Shown one piece after another: positions 1-12,567 of a stretch of 64,000 nucleotides of DNA. Position numbers and translations under genes: made by a program. Numbering within the stretch: position 1 is the stretch's first letter; each line of letters begins with the position of its first letter. The notes beneath the pieces were generated by a model that was given only the letters and a program-made list of their open reading frames with translations, ran no database searches and was not told where the DNA came from. Where the stretch lies: positions 114,080,001 through 114,144,000 of the forward strand of contig NC_042997.1 of the NCBI RefSeq assembly GCF_006345805.1. The letters are read 5' to 3'. This DNA comes from Octopus sinensis (Eukaryota).

Positions 1-215
1 CGTAAAAAGCACTTGTGATGGTGCCATGTAAAATAAAAAGCATCCAGTATACACTGTGAAGTGGCTGGCATTAGGAAAGACATGCAGCCATTGAAACCAG
101 GCCAAAACAGACAACTGGTGCCTAATGCGGCTCTCTGACTTGCCAGCTCCTGTCAAACTGTCCGACCCATGCCAGCGAGGAAGATGGACGTTAAATGATG
201 ATGATGATCATCACG
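1..215 (+). mobile_element. RTE-LINE 3' UTR fragment with (GAT)n tail
   Basis: gtaaaaagca...ggcattaggaa...cctgtcaaactgtccgacccatgccagc...ggacgttaaatgatgatgatg; same family as 11475-12091, which still carries RTE ORF2 sequence. Confidence 0.75.
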
Positions 216-440
216 ATCGTTATCATCATTGTCATCATCATCACCACTTTTACCACTACCACCACTATCACCACCATTGCCATTGCAGTCATTATTTATC
301 ACCATCATCACTATTTTCATCATTCTCATCTCCATGATTATATTATTGACATCACTATTATCAGCATCCTTATGATGATGAATAACAACACCACCACCAT
401 CACCTCCACCATTAGTACCACTATCATCATCATCATTATC
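190..440. repeat. Compound (ATC/ACC/ACT)n trinucleotide microsatellite
   Basis: Direct inspection; explains the poly-His/Ile/Thr ORFs in the track. Confidence 0.9.
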
Positions 441-1407
441 ACCAGTTCAATGTATTTTGTTGTTTTCTTTTCCATGCTATCATCTTGACCCTGCATTTCC
501 TGTTCCTTGATTCAACCTCCTTTTGATCTGAACACTCTTCTTCTTCTTGACCATGTCTTTCTGAGACAACTTCTGCCATAAACATGTTCAACATGTTCCA
601 CTCTCATTTACATGGCAACAGAAATTAATGCACACAGGAAAGAGTCTGGAATAGTTTGTTTTAAAAAGTTTTTTTATTCCTAATAATATTTTCAATGTGC
701 TTCCTTTAAAATGAATTTTATACAAGAATGGTGGGGTGAGGGTATTATTGTCTGTGGTTGGAGATTGGTCAAGTCCTCATTAAAACATGCCAATACAGAT
801 TTATTAACCATGAGAGATGGGCTGTACTTCAATTATCTTGAAATAATTTCAAGTTTACATTTACATAAGCATTCAGTGTATGCATAATTTTATCACAGGG
901 TTAAAAATTTGCATGGCTTAAGCACCGGCATGGCTGTGTGGTAAGAAGTTTGCTTACCAACTGCATGTTTCTGGGTTTAGTTCCTGTTGTATAGTGAAAC
1001 TGTATACCCCTCCCAGTAGAAAGTGGTAGTAACCAGCCATTATGAATAAACCAGTAGATGGTCGAGTGTATGTGTAGACTGTGTTGATAGTCGTGTCTGT
1101 GCTGATATAGTAATTATACTGTGATACTGAGTGGACATTATAATGATTCAACCATTTGAGGATAATAATACTGTATAATTGGGGGTCATACAGTGCCAGA
1201 TAGAAACATCTTATTGACGATTTCGTAATTTAATAATATTTGTCACAGTAACAACTGTTGTTAAACGACAGATACAGCAGTGGCAAAAGACAGTTTTACA
1301 ACAGTTCCACTGTGTGGCACCTTCGGTAAGTGTCTTCCAGTATAGCTTTGGACACCAACCAAAGCCTTGTGAGTGGATTTCATAGAGGGAAACTGGAAAA
1401 AGCCCAT

Positions 1408-1459
<52 letters not shown>

Positions 1460-1964
1460 TATTAACGTCATTTGATAGTTGCAAACAAGACTGATTTCTG
1501 TATGGTGGAATATATCCAGCTTCTTGATCACCCCTTCACTGACATTTTCTATGTTTTATTGCTATACAGAAGCAATCTCAGAATTATTGCACTATACGGC
1601 TGACCTTGTTCCACGTAAAGAGCACTCAATACATTCTGTAAAGTAGTCAGTGTTAGGAAGAGCAGTCAGCCATGTAAACCAAGCCAACACACATGACTGG
1701 AGCTTGGTGCAGCTCTCTGGCTTGCCAGTTCCTGTCAAACTGTCCAATCCATATCAGCATGGAAAACGGACGTTAAATGATGATGATGATGAGATGATGA
1801 TGATGATGATGACAACAAGCTTCTTTCAGTCTCTCTCTAGCAAATCCCCTCACATGGTATCGGTTGGCCTGGGGCTATTGTAGAAGACACTTGCCCTGGA
1901 CTGAACTCCAAACCATGTGTTTAGAATGCAAAGTTAACCGTTCCTGCATTCTAAAATTTTATTT

Positions 1965-2591
1965 TATTTTTAAGGTTACAAGAAACTCAGATTCTGAGGT
2001 GAGAAAGGGGTGAACAAAGTTTAAGGAGTTATTGCTTCTGTAAAAGACAAAGGGTTCCCTTCATGACTGCAAAAACATATACTGCATGAGTAAGCTCATT
2101 ATCATCACCATCATCGTTGTCGTCATCATCATCATCACCATCATCATTGTCATCATCATCATCATCATCATTGTCATCATCATCATCGTCATCATCATCA
2201 TCATCATCATTGTCATCTATGTCGTTGTCGTCATCATCATCATCGTCGTTGTCATCATCATCATCATCAGCAGCAGCAGCAGCAGTAGCAGCAGAAATCA
2301 GCCTTACTTACAACTATCACATAATGTTAACACACACACACAAATTTTATTTGTCATTTGCATGATGAAAATCATAGACATTAGATGATGATGATGGTGA
2401 TGGTGGTGACGATGATGATGGTGGTGGTGGTAGTGGTGGTGGTGGTGATGATAGTGATGATGATGATGATGATGATGATGACGATGATGATGATGATGAT
2501 GATGATTTTGATGATTTTGATGATGATGATTTTGATGATTTTGATGATGATGATGATGATGATTTTGATGATGAGGATGATTTTGATGATG

Positions 2592-2622
<31 letters not shown>

Positions 2623-2825
2623 CGACGACGATGACAATGATGATGATGGTAATGGTGGTGGTGGTGGTGATGATGATGATGATGATTGCTGATCTTAATC
2701 ATGCAGTATATTTTTTTTGCAGTCATGAAGGAAACCCTTTGTCTCTTACAGAAGCTATAACTCCTTAAACTTTGCTCACCCCTTTCTCACCTCAGAATCT
2801 CAGTTTCTAAGTAACCTTAAAAATA
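1965..2825. repeat. Long inverted repeat (foldback): about 135-bp unique arms plus (ATC)n/(GAT)n inner arms
   Basis: 1965-2098 is the reverse complement of 2690-2825 with scattered mismatches; (ATC)n at 2100-2270 faces (GAT)n at 2386-2686. Confidence 0.9.
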
Positions 2826-3189
2826 ATAAAAATAGCAAAAAAAAAAAAAAAAAATTGATGCCAAAAATTCTCTTTTCGAGCGAAATGTAGAAACATTGAA
2901 GTAGGTTTCATAATTTCAAAACCATGTCACAAATAGGAAAATGTGTATTATGATGTCAGAATTATCTGGATGATTCAACTGTCATTTTATTTTTTAAGAC
3001 AAAAATAAGAAAAAAGAAAAGCAAAACCTATCAACTGTTGGATGGAAGTTAACGCTCAGATAAATCTGTCACGTCCCTATTAAGTGCAATAGCAACTTCC
3101 TAAGTTTGGGGAGGTCAAGTGCAGGATTTGGGCATCAGTCAAGCTGCCATTGACACGTAAGCATCATTATGGTAATGTTTCAGCTTTTA

Positions 3190-3221
3190 TACTGCTGCCA
3201 CCACTGCCGCTGCTGCTGCTG

Positions 3222-3256
<35 letters not shown>

Positions 3257-3840
3257 GCTGCTAATGCTACCACCACCACCACCACCACCACCAACACAAC
3301 CACTACCACAGCAACAACAACAACCACCATAACAACCACCACCACCACCACCACCACCACCACCACCACCACCACCACCACCACCACCACAACAACTACT
3401 ACCATCATCACCACCAACACCCTCGCCTTCTCTCCCACCATCACCACTATCATTACTGTTGTTGCTGCTACTGTTGCTGCTACTACTACTACTACTACTA
3501 CTACTACTAACTACTGCTGCTGCTACCACCACCACCACCACTACCACCACCACCACTACCACCACCACCACTATTAATACTGTTATAACCCTTCTAAACC
3601 ACTAAAACCACAATTGCTGCTACGAGTACCACCAGCACCAGTGCCACCACTGCCACGGTCACTAAGGCCATTATTGCTACTACCACTGCCACCATCACCA
3701 CCACCACCACCACCACCACTGCCGTTACCTTTACTACCAGTGCCACCACCACTGCCATTGTCACCACTCTCCACGAGGACAATGACGATGATGATGATGA
3801 TGACAACGACTTTGACCACTATGATGATAGTGGTGACAAT
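3190..3840. repeat. Compound (GCT/ACT/ACC/AAC/GAT)n microsatellite
   Basis: Direct inspection; source of the poly-P/L/V/G/S ORFs. Confidence 0.9.
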
Positions 3841-4089
3841 GACTTCTAGAAGTGATGACACAATCCAGAGTACCAGTCAATGCTCCCCCCCCCACTCACA
3901 CAGTAAAATTTGGTGACTCAATATTAATGAATGAAATTCTTGCCAAGACTGACCCTGTGTTTCCTTCCCTTCACAGTTGATATCAAGCGACACAGTGAAG
4001 GGAGGCTTTTATGTGGTCATTTGACCTGCTAGAAATAGTAACCAATGCTCTTTAATATTACAAACTATTATTTAAAAAAAATTTTTTTT

Positions 4090-4515
4090 TTACTCTAGGC
4101 ACAAGGCCTCAAATTTTGGTGGAGGGGGCCAGTCAATTAGATCGACCCAGTACGAAACTGGTACTTAATTTATCGACCCTGAAAGGATGAAAGGCAATGT
4201 CAACCTCAGCGGAATTTGAACTCAGAATATAAAGACAGAAGAAATATGCTAAGCGTTTTGCCGGGTGTGCTAACGTTTCTGCCAGCATGCCGCCTTCACA
4301 CACATATCCTTTTCTACTCTTAGGCACAAGGCTCAAACTTTTGGCGGAGGGGGCCAGTCGATTAGATTGACCCAGTACGAAACTGGTACTTAATTTATCA
4401 ACCCTAAAAGGATGAAAGGCAAAGTCAACCTTGGTAGAATTTGAACTCCGAACGTAAAGACAGACGAAATATGCTAAGCGTTTCACCAACCATGCTAACG
4501 TTTCTGCCAGCTCCC
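4090..4515 (-). mobile_element. Two adjacent copies of tRNA-derived SINE family C
   Basis: Reverse complement of ggcggcgagctggcagaaacgttagca...gagttcaaattccgccgaggttgactttgcctttcatcctttc...gataaattaagtaccagtt; copies at about 4090-4280 and 4310-4515. Confidence 0.8.
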
Positions 4516-4666
4516 TTCCTTACAAACTATTATTTTTGAAGAGAAACTGTGTGGTTTCAAGCTCAGTCTCTAATACAACCCTAGATTGACCAAACCCTTT
4601 GTGAGTGGATTGGATAGACCAGAAAAAAAGGTGCTTATTTTTTTATATGTCATCATCATCATCTAA

Positions 4667-5065
4667 TTCTTTTATTCTTTCACTTGTTTTCAGTCATTTG
4701 ACTACTGCCATGCTGGAGCACCACCTTTAGTTGCACAAATCTACCCCATAGGACTTATCATTTGTAAGCCTAGTACTTATTCTATCGGTCTCTTTTGCCA
4801 AACCGCTAAGTTTCGGGGATGTAAACACACCAACATTGGTTGTCGAGCAATGGAGGCGGGGACAAACACAGACACACACACACATACACACACACACGCA
4901 TGTATATATGACAGGCTTCTTTCAGTTTCCATTTGCCAAATCCACTTACAATGCTTTGGTCAGCCCAAGGCTACAGTAAGAAGACACTTGCCCAAGGTGC
5001 CATGCTAAGGAACTGAACATGGAACCATGTGATTGGGAAGCAAGCTTCTTACCACACACCCACTC

Positions 5066-5067
<2 letters not shown>
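4667..5067 (-). mobile_element. tRNA-headed SINE family A (CORE-like domain)
   Basis: Head ggagtgg...gtgtggtaag...gttcagt, CORE-like ggcaccttgggcaagtgtctt, internal (CA)n, tail tgactgaaacaagt...aaagaataaaa on the - strand. Confidence 0.85.
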
Positions 5068-5102
<35 letters not shown>

Positions 5103-5875
5103 GCTTCTTTCAGTTTCCATCTACCAAATCCACTCACAATGCTTTGGTCAGCCTGAGGCTATAGTAGAGGACACTGGCCCAAGGTGCCATGCAGTGGGAC
5201 TGAACATGGAACCATGTGGTTGGGAAGCAAGCTTCTTATCATACAGCCACTCCTGTGCCTAATGTCTACTTTTCCAAGCTTGCATGGGTCAAAAGGAATT
5301 TGTTGAGGCAGATTTTCTGTTGCCAGCCCTTAACTATTTTGCAGCAATGTAATATTGGTTTCAGATTTTGGCACAAGGCCAGCAGTTTTGTGGGAGATGG
5401 GTTAGTTGATTGCATTGACCTCAGTTCTTGACTGGTTCTTATTTCATCGACCCTGAAAGGATGATAGGCTAAGTTGACCTCAGCAGAAATTGAACTCAGA
5501 ACATAAAGATGAACAAAATTCCGCTAAGCATTTTGGCCAGCATGCTAACATATCTGCCAACTTGCCACCTTGATGCAAGGTAATATTGGCCAGACATATT
5601 TTCATGGAAGACAGCAAATAAAAAAACATTGATTGTATGATGGTAATGCTTATTTATAACCATCACATGATGGCAAAATAAAGGCACACACTCACAGAAA
5701 GACACGCACACTCACACACACACACACACACACACACACAGATATATGAGGGGCTTCTTTCAGTTTTCATCTTCCAAATCCACTCACTAAACACTTGTCC
5801 AAGGTGGTATGCAGTGGGATAGAACCTTAGGCCACATGGTTGGGAAGTAAGCTTTTTAACCACACAGCCATACCT

Positions 5876-5906
<31 letters not shown>

Positions 5907-6204
5907 CGCATGTGCGTGTGTGTTTGCACAAGTATAGCTAGAGTGTGTGCCATCCAGAGTGAATTTCCATTTTACACCCCCAGACCCCACAAAAAACACA
6001 TATTGCCTACAACAGACCCAAAAGTGGTGTCCCTTTAAAAGTGCCGCTAGGAGTGGACCACCCCACTCTCCACACAAACATGTCCAGGCTGCCTGTTGTC
6101 CTCTCACTGGAAAATTATTACCATACTTGGAAAGAGGTGAGGTTGTGCATCAGGAAGGGCATCTGAATGTAGAAAACAAGCATGGAAGAGGGGACATTAA
6201 AATG

Positions 6205-7900
6205 ATGATAATGATGGATTTAGTGGGAAACCCCTGCATGACACCTATATTCTTATGCAGAATCCTTGCGCACGTCTTAAGCAGGTACTTCAAGGCATTG
6301 AATGAAGGACACTACTGCTGGAAACACTGCCAGGTCCTCAAGGCCGTTGCTGAGACAATCAACAAGAGGTTCAGCAACAACAAAAATGCCAGCACTATAA
6401 CCAGAAGATTATCTTTTATCAAAAGAAAGAGATGCTAATGAAAAGACCCAAGAATAGCTCCAGGGGATTGCTTTGCACAGCATTAGAGTGGGTGACAGAT
6501 CTGGAGGAACAGCTTAAGTTTCCAGCACACATCACCGACACCTTGGTTGAGATTAGATATCTTTATTTCCAAGGTAATTGTTGTAAAGCGATCTTTTACC
6601 ACTGTTGTATCTGTTCTTTGATGACAGTTGTCAGTCCAACAGATATTATTATATTACAAAGTCATTGATAGAATGGGTCTATCAGGTACCCCCAGATACA
6701 TGACCCCCAGTCGTACAGTGTTGTTATCCTCAAAAGGTTGGATCATTATAACGTCCACTCAGTCATCATCATCATACTCATCACCATCATCGTTTAACGT
6801 CCGTTTTCCATGCTAGCATGGGTTGGACGGTTCAACTGGGGTCTGGGAAGCCAGGAGGCTGCACCAAGCTCCAATCTGATCTGGCAGGGTTTCTACAGCT
6901 AGATGCTCTTCCTAACGCCAACCACTCCGTGAGTATGGTGGGTACTTTTTTCCTGCGAACCTGGCAACGGCCACGATCGGTTGGCGCTTTCAATCGTGGC
7001 CCAGCACAGACATGACTATCAACACAGTCTACATGTACTCTTGTACTCTTGACCTTCTGAACTTCTCCTGTTGACCAGCTACTGGTCTATTTATAATGGC
7101 TGGCTACTACCACTTTTTATCGGGAGGGGTGTACAGTTTCATTATACAACAGTAGCACGGCAGCTAGTCCTACTGGAGTTAAATGTGTCCTGGGAGGAGG
7201 CTCAAGTGAAGGAAAGAGTTAAGTACCAGAAGCTGGGTGGAGGCACATGGCCAATTGGTTAGAGCAGTAGACTCGTGGTCAAGGGATTATGGGTTCGAAT
7301 CTCAGGCTAGGCAATGTGTGTATTTATGAGTAAAACACCTAAGCTCCACATAGCTCTGGCAGAAGGTAATAGCAAATTTCTGCTGACTCTTTCACCACAA
7401 CTTTTTCTCACTCTTTCCTCCTGCATCTAGCAGGTCACCTGCGACGAAACGGTGTCCCATCGAGGTGGGGTACCTATACTCCAATGAAACCAGGAAACCA
7501 GCCCTTATGAGCCAGGAACGACTCAATAAGGAACAAATAACAGCAATGACCAGAAGCTGATGGACGACTGCTACAAGAATGGGTAGAAAGCAATGTGTTT
7601 ACCAGTGTAGGATGGCAGTTGAGGGTTTTCAGGATGCACTCTAAGTAAGGCCTATAGAACTCTTGGCATTTCAGGTGCTTGCAGAAGAAGAGCTGTCAAG
7701 AACAATGTAGAGGCTACCGAGAAAGAATCTAAGTGGCTCTAGTTGAAAAGATGTGGTCAGTGAGGTCAGTAGAATGCTGTCTGGATACAGGCCTAGGATC
7801 GATCTATGTTGGGTCACCTAGATGAGGATGTATAGAAGACTCAAAACATATGGTGACACCTCAAAACACCTGGTGATGATGTGTTCAAGCATTGCATCTG
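6205..7900 (+). mobile_element. Degenerate HERO-like non-LTR retrotransposon 3' portion (Zn-knuckle and restriction-like endonuclease region), split by two insertions
   Basis: Peptides ...LAHVLSRYFKALNEGHYCWKHCQVLKAVAETI...LEEQLKFPAHITDT (6205-6556), RQLVLLELNVSWEEAQVKERVKYQKL (7141-7235), MDDCYKNG*KAMCLPV...KAYRTLGISGACRRRAVKNNVEATEKESKWL (7560-7750) resemble the RWRHDQVL / LELTVPWEE / EVGCRGF motifs; contains stops and frameshifts; clade assigned from motif recall. Confidence 0.8.
7236..7548 (+). mobile_element. tRNA-headed SINE family D inserted in the HERO-like element, 11-bp TSD
   Basis: Head ggaggcacatggccaattggttagagcagtagactcg...ggttcgaatctc (A and B boxes); ACCAGAAGCTG duplicated at 7225-7235 and 7549-7559. 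Confidence 0.88.
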
Positions 7901-8689
7901 TTGGTTTATATTGAACAACTTTAGATATGTTCTGTTAAAGTACTGTTTTAGACAAGTACTTTTGAAGTTCAGTTTTAGATATGCATTATTGTTGGAGTAA
8001 GTCCTGATGGAATATGGTTTTAGACATGTACTCTCTCTCTCTCTTTCACTCTGTCTCTGGCCAGGTAACCATGTACCTCCTCTACAGTAAAACACCTGTT
8101 TCTGTCTCTCTATCTCTCTGTCATACCCTAACCTTTCATCATCTGACACAAGATCACCTCCTCCAATGCCCCTCCCTCTAAAAGATTCCTTGTCTTGAAA
8201 GTTACTTGGTGATGCTGCCAGTGCTGGTGCTACGTAAAAAGCATCCAGTCCACACTGTAAATTGGTTGACATTTGGAGTGGCATCCAGCTGTAAAAACCA
8301 TGCCAAAACTGGTCTTGCTTGTGCTGGTGCCATGTAAAAAACACTCAGTCTGCTCTGTAGGGTGGTTGGTGTTAGGAAGGGCATCCAGTCATAAAAAACA
8401 TGTCAAGACAAACACAGAAGTCTGGTGCAGGCTTCTGCCTGGCTGGCTCCTGTCAAACTGTCCCACCCATGCCAGCATGGAAAACAATGATGATGATGAT
8501 GTGTGCATTACTAAAGCAAATATTAATGTATATGTGGTTTATTATAATATAAATGCAAATATATATGTGTGTATATGTGTTACTACTGTATATATGTGTA
8601 TTACTAATGTAATATATATTTTTATTGTGATGTGTAAATAAATAAATAGTCTATGATACTGATTTATTTTTACAAGTTCACACTTTTAA

Positions 8690-8868
8690 TTAATTTTGAA
8701 TATAACAAAGAATTTAGTAAAATAACTTAGTTATCATTCAGCTAGTGTTAGGAACATAAATTATGACGAGGGTTTGGTGGAAGATTTTTATTCAAAACTT
8801 ATGAAAACAAGACATCTGTACTACAGAGCTAGAGGCAATTCAGCTGGGTTGGTTTTGAAAGGGTTAAG
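8690..8868 (+). mobile_element. Partial piggyBac-type MITE (ends gaaaggg|TTAA)
   Basis: Near-identical to 38200-38362. Confidence 0.75.
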
Positions 8869-9864
8869 GTACTGCCTTGAAGAATTTTAGAATCAACCAT
8901 AATAATAATTTTTTTCAGTCTGGTACTTATTCTGTCAGTTGCTTTTACTGAACTGCTAAGTTACAAGGATATAGACACGCCAACACTGGTTCTCAACTGG
9001 TGATGAGGGACACACACACACACACACACTCACACACACACGCGCATGATAAGCTTCCTCTCTTCTTCTAGTTTCCATCTACCATATCCATGCACAATGC
9101 TTTAGTCAGCCCAATGCTATAGTTGAAGACAGTTGCTCAAGGTGCCAGGCAGTGGGACTGAACCTGGAACCATGTGTTTGAAACGTAAACTTCTTACCAC
9201 ACAAAGCCACGCCTGTAATCAAAATAAAAGAAACAAAAAAAAAAACTGTTCCTTATTTCATGAGTAAATGATGTCATGGTCCAAATGTCAGGTGTCGGGG
9301 TTGTACACACAATTGCTTATGTGTCTGTCAGTTTAGGGTCAATGTATGTTTTCATGGATACAGCAGTTATGTAATCTACACATTACATAACTGAACGATG
9401 TGTCAGATGAAGAAAAATTCCTGAAAGCCAACAACCAAAGAAGTGTGAGCGTGTGGATGGAGGTATTTCAAAATGTTAAGGTCTCAATTAATGAACTGAT
9501 TCTAGATGTTTCTTAGACTTTCAAATTCCCAGAGACAGTAATATGGTTTAAAGCAGCGTTGATGATGCTTTTTATATTTTTAAGTAAAAAAAAATTTTTA
9601 CATGTGAGCATCATTTGTAATCTATATACATATATATATATATATATATATTATATATTTTTATTTGTTTCAGTCATTTGATGCGGGCATGCTGGAGCAC
9701 CGGTTTTAGTCAAACAAATCGACTCCAGGACTTATTCGTTGTAAGCCTAGTACTTGTTCTATTGGTCTCTTTTGCTGAACTGCTAATGTTACAGGGACAT
9801 AAATCCACTGCCATCGGTTGTCAAGTGATGCTGGGGGGACAAACATATACATATATATATATAT

Positions 9865-10215
9865 ACTCTTTTACTTGTTTCAGTCATTTGACTTTGGCCA
9901 AGCTGGAGCACCACCTTTAGTCAAGCAAATCACCCACAGGACTTATTCTTTGTAAGCCTGGTACTTATTCTATCAGTCACTTTTGCCGAACCACTAAGTT
10001 ACGGGGATCTAAACACACCAGCATCGGTTGCCAAGTGATGTTGGGGGGACAAACACAGACACACAAACATATACACACACATACATACATATATATATAT
10101 ATATAGATATATGCATATATATGACGAGTTCTGTTCAGTTCCCGTCTACCAAATCCACTCACAAGGATTTGGTCGGCCCAAGGCTATAGCAGAAGACCTT
10201 GCACCATGTGATTGG
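9865..10215 (-). mobile_element. SINE family A copy (a further 3' fragment lies at 9655-9860)
   Basis: Family consensus motifs; retains many CpGs. Confidence 0.8.
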
Positions 10216-10420
10216 AAAGCCATGTGAATAAGGGGACACAATCCAATGGTAGAGAGAGATTTATGAATCAGGTCCTCCAAAGCAGTTGGAAGGACATAGG
10301 GTCCATGTGAGTGTGGAGTGAATGGTCAATTTTAAAAAAAACACAGAAAAAGAAAATGACAGACAAACGTTTGGGCATGGCACAAGCAATATATTAATAA
10401 GACACTCACACACACACTCA

Positions 10421-10472
<52 letters not shown>

Positions 10473-10499
10473 TTTGCTTCAAAACTACATGGTTTAGAG

Positions 10500-11280
10500 C
10501 AGAGATTTTCAAACTTTTTGGGCCACTGCACCCCTCATGGCCACATAATACCCTCAGTGCCCCCACCCCTATTTTTATGTATAAATAAATATTTTATATT
10601 TTACTAAATTATATGTACTATGAATCATTTGATATTTAATATGTTATATAATTTGTATACATCATCATCATCATTGTTTAATGTCCGATTTCCATGCTAG
10701 CATGGGTTAGACGATTTGACTGAGGGCTGGTGAGCCAGATGGCTGCACCAGGCTCCAATCTTGATCTGGCAGAGTTTCTACAGCTGGATGCCCTTCCTAA
10801 CGCCAACCACTCCGAGAGTGTAGTGGGTGCTTTTACGTGCCACTGGCACTGGGGTCAGTCAGGCGGTACTGGCAATGACGTTTTTGCACATTCCACTGGC
10901 ACAGGTGCCAGTAAGGCGATGCTGGTAACGATCATGCTTGAATGGTGCCTTTTATGTGCCAACGGTACGGAAGCCAGTTAGCCGCTCTGGCAACAATCAT
11001 GCTCGGATGGTGCTCTTAGTACCCTACTAGCATGAGGCACAAGTGCCGGTAAGGCGACGCTGGTAACGATCATACTCGAATGGTGCCTTTTATGTGCCAC
11101 TGGCACGGAAGCCGGTTCACTATAATAATATTATAATAAATTCATAGTGTTCCCTAATCTACTGCCTTCCTCCCAAAACCTCCTTTTTCTCTACTGCCCC
11201 CTTAGGCACCAGTGCCCACCTGGACTGTCTCAACACCCACTGGCAGAGGGGGGCGGTAGCACCCACTTTGAGAACCTATG
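10500..11280. mobile_element. hAT-type MITE with perfect 8-bp TSD GTTTAGAG, interrupted by an RTE 3' fragment at about 10658-11115
   Basis: Ends cagagattttcaaa / tttgagaacctatg; gtttagag at 10492-10499 and 11281-11288. Confidence 0.8.
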
Positions 11281-11474
11281 GTTTAGAGTTTCAGTACCAA
11301 TGTGTGGCACCTTGGTAAATCTTTCCTATTATTGTCCCGAGTTGACCAAAGCCTTGTGAGTGGATTTGGTAGACAAAAACTAAAAGAAATCCATCATATA
11401 TGTATGTGTATATGTATATACATACATACATACATACATACATATACAAACATATATATATATATATATATATC

Positions 11475-12091
11475 ATTATCATCATCAATGTTTAACATCC
11501 GCTTTCCATACTGGCATGGGTTGGATGGTTTGACTGAAGACTGGCAAGCCAGAAGGCTGCACCTGGCTCCAATCTGATCTGACAAAATTTCTACAGCTAG
11601 ATGCCCTTCCTAATGGCATGGGAGCCAATCAGGAAGCACTGGCAACAATCATGCTCAAAAGGTGCTTTTTACGTGCCACCAGCATGGGACCAGTCATGCG
11701 CACAGGCATCAACCACACTTGAATGGTGCTTTTTATGTGACAATCAGACGGTACTGACATCGGCCATGAAAATGACTTCACTTGACTCAACAGGTCTTTG
11801 CAAGTGCAATTTATTGCCCAATGATTGAAAGTACTCTTAAATGGGCCAGTTATTCTGCACTGGCATAGGCCACAGTTATGGTCTTACTTGGCTTGCCAGG
11901 TCTTTTCAAGCACAGCATATCTCCAAAGGTCCCGGTCACTTGTCATCACCTCCATGAGGCCCAACATTCAAAGGTCGTGCTTCACCACCTCGTCCTAGGT
12001 GTTCCTGGCTCTGCCTCTTCCACAGGTTCCATCAGCTGCTAGGGTGTGGTACTTTTTCACACAGCTGTCCACATCCATTCACGCCACATGG
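11475..12091 (-). mobile_element. 5'-truncated RTE-clade LINE: ORF2 C-terminus, 3' UTR and (GAT)n tail
   Basis: - strand 12091 to 11884 translates HVA*MDVDSCVKKYHTLAADGTCGRGRARNT*DEVVKHDL*MLGLMEVMTSDRDLWRYAVLEKTWQAK*, matching the RTE-type GH..R...GRGRP.KTW...DL..D...W C-terminus. Confidence 0.85.
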
Positions 12092-12149
12092 ATAATTTTT
12101 GAGAGATTTCTCTCTACATGAAACCATCGATAGCCTTGTTAATTCACAA

Positions 12150-12184
<35 letters not shown>

Positions 12185-12367
12185 ATATATATATATATAT
12201 ATATATATTTCTGTATGAGTTAAGTAACCATCTAAAGGATATTAAATATGCCATATACAACTGGATGTGTACCTACATATTTTTATCCAAGTGCTTACTA
12301 TTGCATGGCAATATTGCAATTGAATACTAGGTATGGGTGGGGGTAAATTGGAAATTTACCCAGGATT

Positions 12368-12468
12368 TATAAAGCAAATAAGAAAATGGAGAGGATATAA
12401 AATCGACAATGTTTACTGGCTGATGTTTGTCAATTTTATATCTTCTCCATTTTCTTATTTGCCTTATA
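12368..12468. repeat. Imperfect inverted repeat, 41-bp arms, 19-nt loop
   Basis: 12368-12408 versus the reverse complement of 12428-12468: 3 mismatches. Confidence 0.85.
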
Positions 12469-12498
12469 TATATCTATATCTATATCTATATCTATCTA

Positions 12499-12567
<69 letters not shown>

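Noticed and set aside
125-3916. Low-complexity ORFs (poly-H/I/S/M/V/P/G)
   Set aside because: Translations of trinucleotide microsatellites; open in several frames on both strands
5947-6438. 163-aa ORF as a host gene
   Set aside because: Chimera of an RTE-tail fragment and the degenerate HERO-like retrotransposon
7236-7310. tRNA gene
   Set aside because: A/B-box head continues into a SINE body with a TSD; no complete cloverleaf. The same applies to the other SINE heads
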